DNA of 64,000 bases, taken from assembly GCF_910577125.1 (NCBI RefSeq), contig NZ_CAJTMN010000002.1, forward strand, positions 7,227 to 71,226, read 5' to 3'. A program made the translations under genes and the position numbers. Below, piece by piece: positions 10,078 through 20,166 of this stretch. The stretch is from an uncultured Rikenella sp. (GTDB taxonomy: Bacteria > Bacteroidota > Bacteroidia > Bacteroidales > Rikenellaceae). Under the pieces are notes generated by a model that was not told the DNA's origin, made no database searches, and worked only from the letters and a program-made list of their open reading frames with translations. Positions within the stretch are counted from its first letter, which is position 1; each line of letters opens with the position of its first letter.

Positions 10078-11205
10078 ATGAAAAAACTGCTCCCGCTTTT
10101 GAGCGCCCTCGTGCTCTGCCTCTCGTGCGGAGGCGTCCGGGTCAAAGTAACCAACCCGCTAAAGATCACCAGAGTCGACGAAACGGTCGAACTCGACTGG
10201 AAAGAGGTACAGAAACGGTTGCCGGGCATCACGCCGGAAGACATCGTCGTGACCGGGCCGAAAGGCGAACAGCTGCCGTCTCAGGTGCTCTATTACGGCG
10301 GTGTGGAACCGCGCTCGCTGATTTTCCAGGCGACGGTCGGGCCGCGCAGTTCGGCGACCTACCGGCTGGAAAGCGGCATGCGGGAAGATTTTCCGGCACA
10401 GGTATACGGACGATTCGTGCCGGAACGGATGGACGACTTCGCCTGGGAGAACGACCGGATCGCCTACCGGATGTACGGGCCGGCCTTGGAACGGACGGGC
10501 GAGATCAGCAACGGAATCGACGTCTGGCTGAAACACACCGACAGCCTGATCATCAACCGGTGGTACCGGCCGGGTTACGACTACCACACCGACCGGGGCG
10601 AGGGACTCGACTGCTACAAAGTCGGCCGGACGCTGGGAGCGGGCGCCATGGCGCCGTACGAAGGCGGGAAATTGTGGTTGGGTAATAACTTCACCGGTTA
10701 CAAAGTGCTGGACAACGGGCCTATCCGGGTGACATTCCGGCTGGATTACGCACCGTTTACGGTCGACACATTGACGGTCACCGAGCGGCGGACGATCTCG
10801 CTCGACGCCCATACCCCGTTCAACCGGATTACGGAAGAGTATACCGGCGATTTCGATGCGCTACGGGTAGCGGCGGGAGTCGTGCTGCGCGGCCCGGGCG
10901 GACGGGTCATCGACCTGCTGGACAAACCGATCCGGAAGGTCGGCTATTGGGAACCGCTCAACACGGACAACGAGCCGGATAACGGACACACGGGAATCGG
11001 CATTATCTTTCCGTGCGAAATCAAGGTGGAGACGCGATTAGGACACCTTCTGGCGAGCACCGTCATTCCACAGGGCAAGCCGTTCACCTATCGGGCAGGC
11101 GCTGCATGGAGCAAGCGCGACGCACCGACGTCGGAAGCGATGGCCCAACTGATTCTGGACGAGACGGCCAAGACGGAGCATCCGCTGGTCGTGACATTCA
11201 AGTAA
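10078..11205 (+). CDS. DUF4861-like lipoprotein
   Basis: ORF 10048-11205. The likely start is MKKLLPLLSALVLCLSCGG (lipobox) at 10078. Context is uronate/GAG degradation. Confidence 0.5.
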   Translation: MKKLLPLLSALVLCLSCGGVRVKVTNPLKITRVDETVELDWKEVQKRLPGITPEDIVVTGPKGEQLPSQVLYYGGVEPRSLIFQATVGPRSSATYRLESGMREDFPAQVYGRFVPERMDDFAWENDRIAYRMYGPALERTGEISNGIDVWLKHTDSLIINRWYRPGYDYHTDRGEGLDCYKVGRTLGAGAMAPYEGGKLWLGNNFTGYKVLDNGPIRVTFRLDYAPFTVDTLTVTERRTISLDAHTPFNRITEEYTGDFDALRVAAGVVLRGPGGRVIDLLDKPIRKVGYWEPLNTDNEPDNGHTGIGIIFPCEIKVETRLGHLLASTVIPQGKPFTYRAGAAWSKRDAPTSEAMAQLILDETAKTEHPLVVTFK

Positions 11206-11292
11206 AAGCCAACCACTCCGCTACAAACCACCGGGGGCCGAACCTGCATGAAAAAGGTTCGGCCCCCGGTGGTTTATCCGCCCGCGCACCGG

Positions 11293-12186
11293 CTAAAACA
11301 GCTCCGAGAACTTCCTCGGAACCGGCGTCGAGAAGTCGTGCCGTTTCCCCGTCCGCGGATGGATAAAGCTCAGCACACCGGCATGCAAAGCCACCCGGCC
11401 GATCAGCGCCCGCCGCGAGCCGTACTTCTTATCCCCGACGATCGGATGGCCGATATACTCCATGTGTGCCCGGATCTGATTCTTACGCCCTGTCTCCAAC
11501 TCCAGTTCCAGCAGCGTCACATCGTTCCGCGCCGAGTACTTCAATACCCGAAACGCCGTATTCGCCTTCCGTCCCTCCTCGCGGTTCGTCACATAGACCT
11601 TCATCGCCTTGCTCTCGGTCAGATAGGTCGAGATCACCCCTTCGTCCTGCTCCACTCTGCCCTCGACCACCGCAAAGTATTTCCGTTCCACGACCGTCTC
11701 CGTCCAGCGGCTCTGCACCCGGGTCTTCACCTCCTCGCTTTTGGCGAACATCATCAGCCCGGAGGTCTCCCGATCCAGACGGTGCAGGACGAATATCTTG
11801 TTCCGCGGATCCTCCTGTTTCACATGCTCGCTCAGGATACTGTAGGCCGTCTGCATGATCTGCTTGTCGGTCGCCACCGAGAGCAGCCCGTTCCGCTTCT
11901 CGACCACGATCAGGTCGTCGTCCTCGTACACAATCCGCAGTTTCGGATGCGTCACCCCCTCGCGCACCCGCCCGAAATCGACCTCCACCCGGTCGCCCGG
12001 CACAAGCGGCGTGTCGAACTGAGTCGTGATACACCCGTTCACCGCCACCTGCCGGTGAGCCAGATAGGATTTCACCGTCGTCCGGCTCCGCTCCGAAAAA
12101 TAAGCGAACAGAAACGACAACAACGTCCCGTTCTCCTCCACCGGAATCTGTATCCGGCCTGCGGCCTGCTGCGATTTTGCTTTCAT
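11293..12186 (-). CDS. RluA-family pseudouridine synthase with N-terminal S4 domain
   Basis: HRLDRETSGLMMFAKS catalytic-Asp motif. The ORF opens at 12216; the MKAKSQ start at 12186 is equally possible. Confidence 0.85.
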   Translation of the reverse strand: MKAKSQQAAGRIQIPVEENGTLLSFLFAYFSERSRTTVKSYLAHRQVAVNGCITTQFDTPLVPGDRVEVDFGRVREGVTHPKLRIVYEDDDLIVVEKRNGLLSVATDKQIMQTAYSILSEHVKQEDPRNKIFVLHRLDRETSGLMMFAKSEEVKTRVQSRWTETVVERKYFAVVEGRVEQDEGVISTYLTESKAMKVYVTNREEGRKANTAFRVLKYSARNDVTLLELELETGRKNQIRAHMEYIGHPIVGDKKYGSRRALIGRVALHAGVLSFIHPRTGKRHDFSTPVPRKFSELF

Positions 12187-12348
12187 GGCGACAAAAATAG
12201 GGATTTCACGGCACAAAATCTACCGCTCCCGACCGGAAAACTCCGTCGTCCGAGCTCCCCGCATGTCGCTTTGGCACAAAAATTGTCCCTGCCGAAAGAG
12301 GTTTTTATCCACCTATCACATTTTATTCACCAATCAAAAACCTATTTT

Positions 12349-13683
12349 ATGAAAAGAATCTACACCTGGCTGACCACCGCCGCTCTCGGCCTCGGCTCGG
12401 TCGGCGCCTGGGCCGGCGACAACGCCGCCGTCTCGGACGAAACGCCCCGGCGCCACCCGCGCGACAAACGCAACACGGTCTGGATCATCGGCGCCGATCC
12501 GCAGACGGACGACGTCTGGATGCTCAAAGGCCGGGCGATCGACATCTACGCCCAAACCGTCAAACCGGGGTTCCAGCAGTCGGGCGTGCCGAATTTCATC
12601 ATTTCGGACCGGGCCAACAAGGCGGTCTTCGGGATCGGGGGCTTCGTCAGCTTCCGCACGACTTACGACTGGAGCAACGTCATCCAGAACAAGGACTTCG
12701 TGACGTACGACATCCCGATGATCCAGACGCCGTCCAACAAACAGCGCTTCCGGATGGATGCCAGCACCTCGCGGCTCTTCTTCAAGACCATCGTGCACAC
12801 CAAGGCGCTGGGCAATATCGAGACTTACATCGAGACTGACTTCCGCGGCGGAGACAACGTCCTCCGGCTGCGCGAAGCCTACGTATCGTTCAAAGGGCTG
12901 ACGTTCGGTCAGCGCACCACCACGTTCGCCGACCTCAACGCGGCACCGACCACGATCGACTTCCAGGGGCCGAACGCCTATACTTACCAGCGGAATCTGA
13001 TGGTTCGCTACCACCTGCAGATCAGCCCGAGCTGGGAGTTCGCCGTAGCGGCCGAAATGCCGGTGGTGAGTGCCACGACTCCGGGCGAAGCGGCCTATGT
13101 GGTTCCTCAACGGATTCCGGACTTCCCGGTCTATTTCCAGTACAATTGGGCCAAGGGCAGGAGTCACCTGCGCGCTTCGGGGATCATCCGGGCAATGAAC
13201 TACTACGACAACGTCAATCTGAACACGATCACCAAAGTGGGCTGGGGAGCGATGCTGAGCGGCCGGATCGCGCTGAGTCGCTCGGCAAACGTTTTCGGAC
13301 AGGTGGTCTACGGCGAAGGGATTGAAAATTACATCCAGGACTTGAACGGCAACGGCTACGACCTGGTGTCGAATCCGCGGAAGACGGGCCGGTTGCAGAC
13401 TTTGCCGGCGATGGGCTGGATGGCCGGAGTCCAGATGAACTTCAGCCCGAGCTGGCAGATGAATGCGGCGTACAGCCAGGTGAGCGTATGGAACCGCAAC
13501 AACTACTTTGCACAGGCTCCGGACACTTACCGGTTGTCGCAATACATCGTGGGGAACCTGTTCTACCACATCACTCCGGCCTTCAGCGTCGGCGCAGAAT
13601 ACCTCTACGGCACGCGCAAGAATGCGGATCATGCCAAAGCGCATGCGAACCGGGCCCAGATGATGGTACAGTTCAACTTCTAA
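12349..13683 (+). CDS. outer-membrane porin-like beta-barrel protein
   Basis: In-frame start MKRIYTWLTTAALGLGSVGAWA (signal peptide) inside ORF 11248-13683. Alternating beta-strand pattern and C-terminal ...MMVQFNF. Confidence 0.6.
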   Translation: MKRIYTWLTTAALGLGSVGAWAGDNAAVSDETPRRHPRDKRNTVWIIGADPQTDDVWMLKGRAIDIYAQTVKPGFQQSGVPNFIISDRANKAVFGIGGFVSFRTTYDWSNVIQNKDFVTYDIPMIQTPSNKQRFRMDASTSRLFFKTIVHTKALGNIETYIETDFRGGDNVLRLREAYVSFKGLTFGQRTTTFADLNAAPTTIDFQGPNAYTYQRNLMVRYHLQISPSWEFAVAAEMPVVSATTPGEAAYVVPQRIPDFPVYFQYNWAKGRSHLRASGIIRAMNYYDNVNLNTITKVGWGAMLSGRIALSRSANVFGQVVYGEGIENYIQDLNGNGYDLVSNPRKTGRLQTLPAMGWMAGVQMNFSPSWQMNAAYSQVSVWNRNNYFAQAPDTYRLSQYIVGNLFYHITPAFSVGAEYLYGTRKNADHAKAHANRAQMMVQFNF

Positions 13684-13822
13684 CGGAGAATTTCCATACC
13701 GTAAATCCGGCAACGGGGAGCTGCTTCGGCGTCTCCCCGTTTGTTTTTATAACGAACTCAACGATTATACGATTACGCATTGTGCAGAGGTTTGCGAAGT
13801 ACTGCGACAAGTAATTGCCGAT

Positions 13823-16800
13823 ATTTCCATTCAACTATTGTAGGATTGGGAGGCCCAGAAGCCGCCGCAGAAGCCGAAGTTTAAAAAATTTCCATTCAAC
13901 TATTGTAGGATTAGAAGAACGGCCGCCTGCTTCTCAACCTGAAAGAGGAGATATTTCAATTCAACTATTGTAAAGATTGGAAGCACCAGTATTTTATTAA
14001 CAATCCTCCGCATCCTGATTTCAATTCAACTATTGTAAGATTGGAAGAATCGGGGAAAGTCGCGACAGTAATCGACTGAAAGTCATTTCAATTCAACTAT
14101 TGTAAGATTGGAAGAGGCCTCCAGCAACGGAAACTCTTTGTATAAAATGATTTCAATTCAACTATTGTAAGATTGGAAGTTTTTCGTAAATGAGCATAAT
14201 GCCTGTATGTCGATTTAATTTCAATTCAACTATTGTAAGATTGGAAGGAACGAGACAAAGGACTAACATCCAAGTGATTGTCATTTCAATTCAACTATTG
14301 TAGGATTAGGAGTTGATTACCTGATTCAAAATTTGAGTACCAAGAGTACATTTCAATTCAACTATTGTAGGATTAGGAGAAAGACCAGCAGAACCAGCGA
14401 GAGGCTTAATACCCATTTCAATTCAACTATTGTAGGATTAGGAGGACGCTGTCGATTGTGGGCAAAGAGAACACCACAGCACATTTCAATTCAACTATTG
14501 TAGGATTAGGAGGAGAATAACGACATGAAACGAGAAATCAAATTCAGATTTCAATTCAACTATTGTAAGATTGGAAGGATCACCACGTCTTTTATCAAAT
14601 CGTCCATCCGAATTTCAATTCAACTATTGTAAGATTGGAAGGAGACCCGTTATGTTCAGGTTGTCGCTCCCTATCGATTTCAATTCAACTATTGTAGGAT
14701 TGGGAGTTGGGACAGCCTGCCCGGTTGGGGGCCATGTACGGAATTTCAATTCAACTATTGTAGGATTGGGAGTAGAGGTGCTGTTTGATAGAAAAGTGGA
14801 TATAGCCAATTTCAATTCAACTATTGTAGGATTGGGAGATACAGTTGCAGTAGCCGGTGTTGCAGAAACTGTCAGATTTCAATTCAACTATTGTAGGATT
14901 GGGAGAATCAACCCGTCTACCGCAGCGACGACGATTTTTATTTCAATTCAACTATTGTAGGATTGGGAGAATCAACCCGTCTACCGCAGCGACGACGATT
15001 TTTATTTCAATTCAACTATTGTAGGATTGGGAGCCGCCCCATCCAGCCGGGAGACACGCGAGGAGACAGCATTTCAATTCAACTATTGTAGGATTGGGAG
15101 GAACCCGGCTCCGCTGGTCAAAATCGGGAAAGAGTGATTTCAATTCAACTATTGTAGGATTGGGAGCTCTGCTGCCATCCTCCTCGTCCCGCAGCCGCAG
15201 AGGGAATTTCAATTCAACTATTGTAGGATTGGGAGGGCCATGTCCAAATCCGCTTCAAGAAACACCATCATTTCAATTCAACTATTGTAGGATTGGGAGG
15301 CCGATTCAGCTCTTCCATGTCCTCCCGCATCCAGATTTCAATTCAACTATTGTAGGATTGGGAGGCTGATGGCGCTTTGCTTTCCGGTCAAGGTGTAAAA
15401 TTTCAATTCAACTATTGTAGGATTGGGAGTGTCGACGAGAATAGCAACGAACACGATTACCGAAATTTCAATTCAACTATTGTAGGATTGGGAGTGAACA
15501 GCTTCGCGACAAACAAGACATTCACCACAATTTCAATTCAACTATTGTAGGATTGGGAGATCGGCGACTCGGTTGAGTTCCCCATCGAACAGCAATTTCA
15601 ATTCAACTATTGTAGGATTGGGAGTTCTCGCTTCGGCGATTGCGGCTTGTGTGAAAACAAATTTCAATTCAACTATTGTAGGATTGGGAGTTGGTTATCA
15701 CCAAATAAGGTTCCCCCCAAAGCAATTTCAATTCAACTATTGTAGGATTGGGAGGCCTCCGGGTTCGGGGCCTGTTCCGTCCCCTGCTCATTTCAATTCA
15801 ACTATTGTAGGATTGGGAGGATCCGCATTCATCACAATCACGAGCGAATCCAGATTTCAATTCAACTATTGTAGGATTGGGAGGAAGCCGATATGGCAGC
15901 TGCCAATTTGTTAGATTATCATTTCAATTCAACTATTGTAGGATTGGGAGTAAGTCAGTTGTTGCAGCGTCCGCATCAGATCCCAATTTCAATTCAACTA
16001 TTGTAGGATTGGGAGGCGGAAACTGATCGACGCCGGTCAGGGCCGCATCATTTCAATTCAACTATTGTAGGATTGGGAGGATCATCGACCCCAAAAATCT
16101 CTCGCAGATCAAGATTTCAATTCAACTATTGTAGGATTGGGAGTCCGCAATCCGAAGCGCATTCGGCAGGTAGTAGACATTTCAATTCAACTATTGTAGG
16201 ATTGGGAGACTACCATGTTGACGCCGAGTGGATTAAAACGAAGTTATTTCAATTCAACTATTGTAGGATTGGGAGTGTTTCAATTCCTTTGCTATGTCGC
16301 GGCATTTTGATTTCAATTCAACTATTGTAGGATTGGGAGCGGAGCGCGGCCTGCTACTGCTCAGCGAAGACGATAATTTCAATTCAACTATTGTAGGATT
16401 GGGAGGGTTCTCCGTGTCGAGCGTATGCAACGCGATTTCGAGATTTCAATTCAACTATTGTAGGATTGGGAGAACGCCCCCGTAGGTGTGCACTACACTC
16501 ATACGCATTTCAATTCAACTATTGTAGGATTGGGAGGGGTTTCGTTCGACACCTGCCGCGGGGCGGCTTCATTTCAATTCAACTATTGTAGGATTGGGAG
16601 CTCCGGTAGCCCCTTGTGGCCCCCGCGGCCCCGTCATTTCAATTCAACTATTGTAGGATTGGGAGTAGACGCGGCGGGCGAGGACCACGAGCTGCTCAAA
16701 TTTCAATTCAACTATTGTAGGATTGGGAGGCGCGGTCGGGCAAAGGAGCCATCGACCGTTCGTATTTCAATTCAACTATTGTAGGATTGGGAGTTCGGAA

Positions 16801-16994
16801 GAAGTCCTCGATCTCGACCTTCGATTTTTCCATTTCAATTCAACTATTGTAGGATTGGGAGACAGGGGTTGCGCACGGCTATTGATACCGAGACAGAAAT
16901 TTCAATTCAACTATTGTAGGATTGGGAGGGGAAGTTGCGATTGCCTCTTTGATTGTTCTCGCTTATTTCAATTCAACTATTGTAGGATTGGGAG
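13823..16994 (-). CRISPR. CRISPR array, 49 x 30-bp repeats and 48 spacers (34-39 bp), transcribed on the minus strand
   Basis: Plus-strand repeat is ATTTCAATTCAACTATTGTAGGATTGGGAG. Its reverse complement, CTCCCAATCCTACAATAGTTGAATTGAAAT, ends in ATTGAAAT, the class 1 8-nt 5'-handle. Degenerate repeats lie at the low-coordinate end and the cas genes at the high-coordinate end. Confidence 0.97.
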
Positions 16995-17204
16995 CCGTGA
17001 AAAACGGAGAATCAATACACTAAAAATCAAACGATTAGAAATGTACCAAACGTTTTTTCGGCATCCGAAAGTTGTCGACCTCCAATCCCGCGAAAACACA
17101 CGGGGATCGACAACTCCGGTAAATTATCTGATTTTCAACACGTCAAAGAACACGACGCGACACATCGCCCCACAGTACAGCAAGCCACACCCTCCGAACG
17201 ACAA
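16995..17204 (-). promoter_or_regulatory. CRISPR leader (between the cas2 stop and the first repeat)
   Basis: 210-bp non-coding, relatively AT-rich stretch next to the consensus-repeat end. Contains an 8-bp inverted repeat, GTTGTCGA (17071-17078) / TCGACAAC (17107-17114). Confidence 0.6.
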
Positions 17205-17468
17205 CTACAGGAAATTGTCCACCGACGCCCGTTCGCACCCTATAATCCGTTTGTCCAGCCACTTTTCGTTCCGGCTTTCGAAGATAATCAGGCTGTCCTC
17301 CTCCGGATCCATAATCTCCCTCGCCTGCAGCTCCAGCTCCCGCAGCTTCACCGCCGTGATCTCGCCCTCGAACACCGAGTTCTGAATCCACGACAAATAA
17401 CGCCGGCACAACTTCAACATCTTTCCCACCCGCTTCTCGCCGCAATCATAAACCAAAATCACATACAT
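17205..17468 (-). CDS. cas2: CRISPR-associated endoribonuclease Cas2
   Basis: MYVILVYDCGEKRVGK...VFEGEIT, a typical Cas2 ferredoxin-fold start. The ORF opens at 17483. Confidence 0.9.
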   Translation of the reverse strand: MYVILVYDCGEKRVGKMLKLCRRYLSWIQNSVFEGEITAVKLRELELQAREIMDPEEDSLIIFESRNEKWLDKRIIGCERASVDNFL

Positions 17469-17476
17469 CGCGCTCC

Positions 17477-18493
17477 CTACCAATACATTTTAAACGGTTT
17501 GTACTCCTCCATCCCTAACAAATGCTTCGTCAGTTTGTAACACTCCAGCCGGATCAGATACCGATAACTCACCTTCCGGCCCAATTTCCGATGCTGGATC
17601 GTCTCCAGGAAACGCTCCTCCAACGCCTTCACAAAAATCTCCCGACCCGACCGGTTCAACACGCACCGATTCAACGAGCGGTCAAAGTGTTTCTCCTGAA
17701 TCTGTCTTTTATTCAACACGTTGAATATCACACGATCCACGACAATCGGTTTGAAAATCTCCGAAATATCCAGCGAGAGCGAAAACCGACGTTCACCCGG
17801 CGAGTGCAGATAACTGATCGTCGGATTGAGTTGCGTCTGGTGGATCGCCCGCAAACATTGTGCATAACACATCATATTGCCGAACGAAATCAGAGCGTTC
17901 ACCTCGTTCTGCGGCGGCTGTTTCGTCCGGACACCCATCTCGAAATCATTCAGTATCAGATCGAAGGCCTGGTAATAGGCCTGTCGGATATTTCCCTCGA
18001 TTCCCATCAGCTCATCCACCGCACCGACCCGCGGAATCTGCGCCGCATGCCCCTCGATCGCCTCCATCATCGGCTGCGTATCCTTCCCGCGACGGTTGTA
18101 ATACTGCAAATTCTTGAGCATGTTGAAAGCCGCCCCCTCGATAAAGCGGCGCGCAATCTCCAGCCGCCGTTTCGGAGCCTGATAAGCGGCCGCCTGAGCC
18201 AGAATCATGCGCCCGGACAGCAACGAATCGCGCGGCATGAACGACCCGGTGTAATTTTCGTAATAGTCGAAAAAGTGAACCGCCACATCGTTCTGTCCCA
18301 GGAAATTGTAGAGCGAACTCGGCGCATCCAGCGAACCGAAGACGTAGAAATCCTCGGCTGTCTCCACCGGAATAAAGCGCGGCGTTCCCTCCCGCACCAC
18401 CCCCTCCTCGTCCGTCACCCGGGGCGTGAACTTCAGCGTATTGTCCTGCCGGGTCAGTACGCCCGGATTGAAGAGATAATAATTTCGTTTCAT
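17477..18493 (-). CDS. cas1: CRISPR-associated endonuclease Cas1
   Basis: 338-aa ORF between cas4 and cas2 with overlapping stops/starts. Typical Cas1 length and conserved-looking C-terminal alpha domain. Confidence 0.9.
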   Translation of the reverse strand: MKRNYYLFNPGVLTRQDNTLKFTPRVTDEEGVVREGTPRFIPVETAEDFYVFGSLDAPSSLYNFLGQNDVAVHFFDYYENYTGSFMPRDSLLSGRMILAQAAAYQAPKRRLEIARRFIEGAAFNMLKNLQYYNRRGKDTQPMMEAIEGHAAQIPRVGAVDELMGIEGNIRQAYYQAFDLILNDFEMGVRTKQPPQNEVNALISFGNMMCYAQCLRAIHQTQLNPTISYLHSPGERRFSLSLDISEIFKPIVVDRVIFNVLNKRQIQEKHFDRSLNRCVLNRSGREIFVKALEERFLETIQHRKLGRKVSYRYLIRLECYKLTKHLLGMEEYKPFKMYW

Positions 18494-19041
18494 AGCGAGT
18501 CCTCCCGATCCGAATCCTCTTCCGGAACCGTCTCACCGACATAACAGAAGTCGAAATAGCTGCATCGGCGACAAATCCCCTTCTGTTTCGGAGGAATCGG
18601 CGGACACTGCTCCGACTCGACGATCCGGTCGATCCGGCTCTCCATCTCGCCCAGCCGCGCCCGATCCTCGTCCGTCAGCTCCTCCAACTGCTCCGTATGG
18701 CGGATCGACGGATATTCCACCACCGCCCGCACCCCCGTTATCCCGATCTGTTCCAATACCAGCTGATAATATCTGACCTGCCAGATATGAGCCTCCTCCA
18801 TCCGGTCGGACAATTTGATCTCGTGAATCACCCCCTGCCGGGAGTCGTAAAAATCGATCTTCACCGGCCCCACCTCCAGCTCTTCGTACCGCCCCGGACG
18901 CGACGGATAGGCCGTCGCGTGCAGCAATTTCCCTTCGGCCACCCGTTCCGAGGTATGCTCCATACCCACCCCGCCCGCGTAAAGCCACAGTTTACGCGGG
19001 CAGACCAGCAGGTAATTGAAATGACCTCCGCCGTACTTCAT
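18490..19041 (-). CDS. cas4: Cas4 (RecB-like exonuclease with Fe-S cluster)
   Basis: N-terminal Cys in LVCPRKLWLY and C-terminal CRRCSYFDFC cysteine cluster. EIKLS nuclease motif. Confidence 0.9.
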   Translation of the reverse strand: MKYGGGHFNYLLVCPRKLWLYAGGVGMEHTSERVAEGKLLHATAYPSRPGRYEELEVGPVKIDFYDSRQGVIHEIKLSDRMEEAHIWQVRYYQLVLEQIGITGVRAVVEYPSIRHTEQLEELTDEDRARLGEMESRIDRIVESEQCPPIPPKQKGICRRCSYFDFCYVGETVPEEDSDREDSL

Positions 19042-19066
19042 ACGCCCTGGACAACCGTTCTCCGGC

Positions 19067-20134
19067 CTACTTCTGACGCTCGTAGTCGAATGCCTGCATC
19101 CGTTCGGTCAGATCGCGCTCCGCAGCCGCCAGCGCGTCGGCACTCTCGATTGAGGTGGCGAAGTAGCCGGCTGCCGGCAGCGTGACGAACACATCCGCTC
19201 CGACCGAATCGTCCACGATCGGCTTCGCTTTCGGACGGTCGCCCCCGTCGTCGATCAGCTTTGTCCGAATGGCACCGGCCAGCGTATTGGCATTGTCGCT
19301 GATCGCCACGGCCAGCGTCTCCATCAGGCTGAACGTCCGGGCCTGATTGGAGGTGATCCGCCAGTTCAGCAGCGCGTGCGCCAGAGCCGGAATCACCTCG
19401 TCGCGTTTCTCTTTCGGCATGACCAGACAGTGTCCGAACGTATTTTCGCTCTCGATCCACCCTTCGTTTTTCAACGCCTCGATCATCTCGGGCGTCAGCT
19501 CCGGTTCGTGCGGGTTGGTCGATACGCAAAAGAGCCTCCTGAGATCGATCGCCACGTCGAACACAAAGAGCCCGCTGGCCCGCCGGTTATCGGGAATCCA
19601 ATGGCGCCGGGGCAGCGTCCGGCAATTCTCGTTCAACCATTTGTCGATCTGCTCTCCGGTCATCGGCTCCTTCTGGCCCTCCATCCGGACGATCACCGGA
19701 TGGTTTTCCGGCCGGTCGCTCCGGTCGAAGGTCAGGTTCTCGGCCTCCATCTCCAGCCCGCCCAACAGCGGGTGCAGCGGCCGCATGGCCGAAATCGACA
19801 GCGGGCTGCGCCGCTTCACGGTATAGTTCTCCGACGCGGCCCGCATCCAGCCGCCGATCAGCTGATCCACATAGTGGGGATCGCACGGCGACCACGGCTC
19901 CTTATTGGTCATCTTGCCGGCCTTATTGATCTCGTAGTTGAACGTAATGGGCGCCATCGGGACATTCAACGCGTCGGTCAGCGCTTCCAGGACGGAACGT
20001 TTCACCTGTTGTCCGCTGGAGTAGGCCATCCGGCGGCCGAAAGTAGGATCGTAATAAGACTTCTGACCGTCCTGCACACAGAAAACGGTATGGTCGGCAT
20101 GGCGCAACACGCGCAGGTAGATATACGGATTCAT
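19067..20134 (-). CDS. cas7: Cas7-family Cascade backbone subunit
   Basis: 355-aa ORF. SSGQQVKRSVLEAL resembles the conserved Cas7/DevR/Csa2 N-terminal motif. Position next to the large subunit supports the call. Confidence 0.7.
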   Translation of the reverse strand: MNPYIYLRVLRHADHTVFCVQDGQKSYYDPTFGRRMAYSSGQQVKRSVLEALTDALNVPMAPITFNYEINKAGKMTNKEPWSPCDPHYVDQLIGGWMRAASENYTVKRRSPLSISAMRPLHPLLGGLEMEAENLTFDRSDRPENHPVIVRMEGQKEPMTGEQIDKWLNENCRTLPRRHWIPDNRRASGLFVFDVAIDLRRLFCVSTNPHEPELTPEMIEALKNEGWIESENTFGHCLVMPKEKRDEVIPALAHALLNWRITSNQARTFSLMETLAVAISDNANTLAGAIRTKLIDDGGDRPKAKPIVDDSVGADVFVTLPAAGYFATSIESADALAAAERDLTERMQAFDYERQK

Positions 20135-20166
20135 CGTTCTATAGGATTTTTATTGGTTTCTCTTTT

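Noticed and set aside
14571-17385. Series of ORFs encoding repeated FNSTIVGLG / FQFNYCRIG peptides
   Set aside because: These are translations of the CRISPR repeats, not genes.
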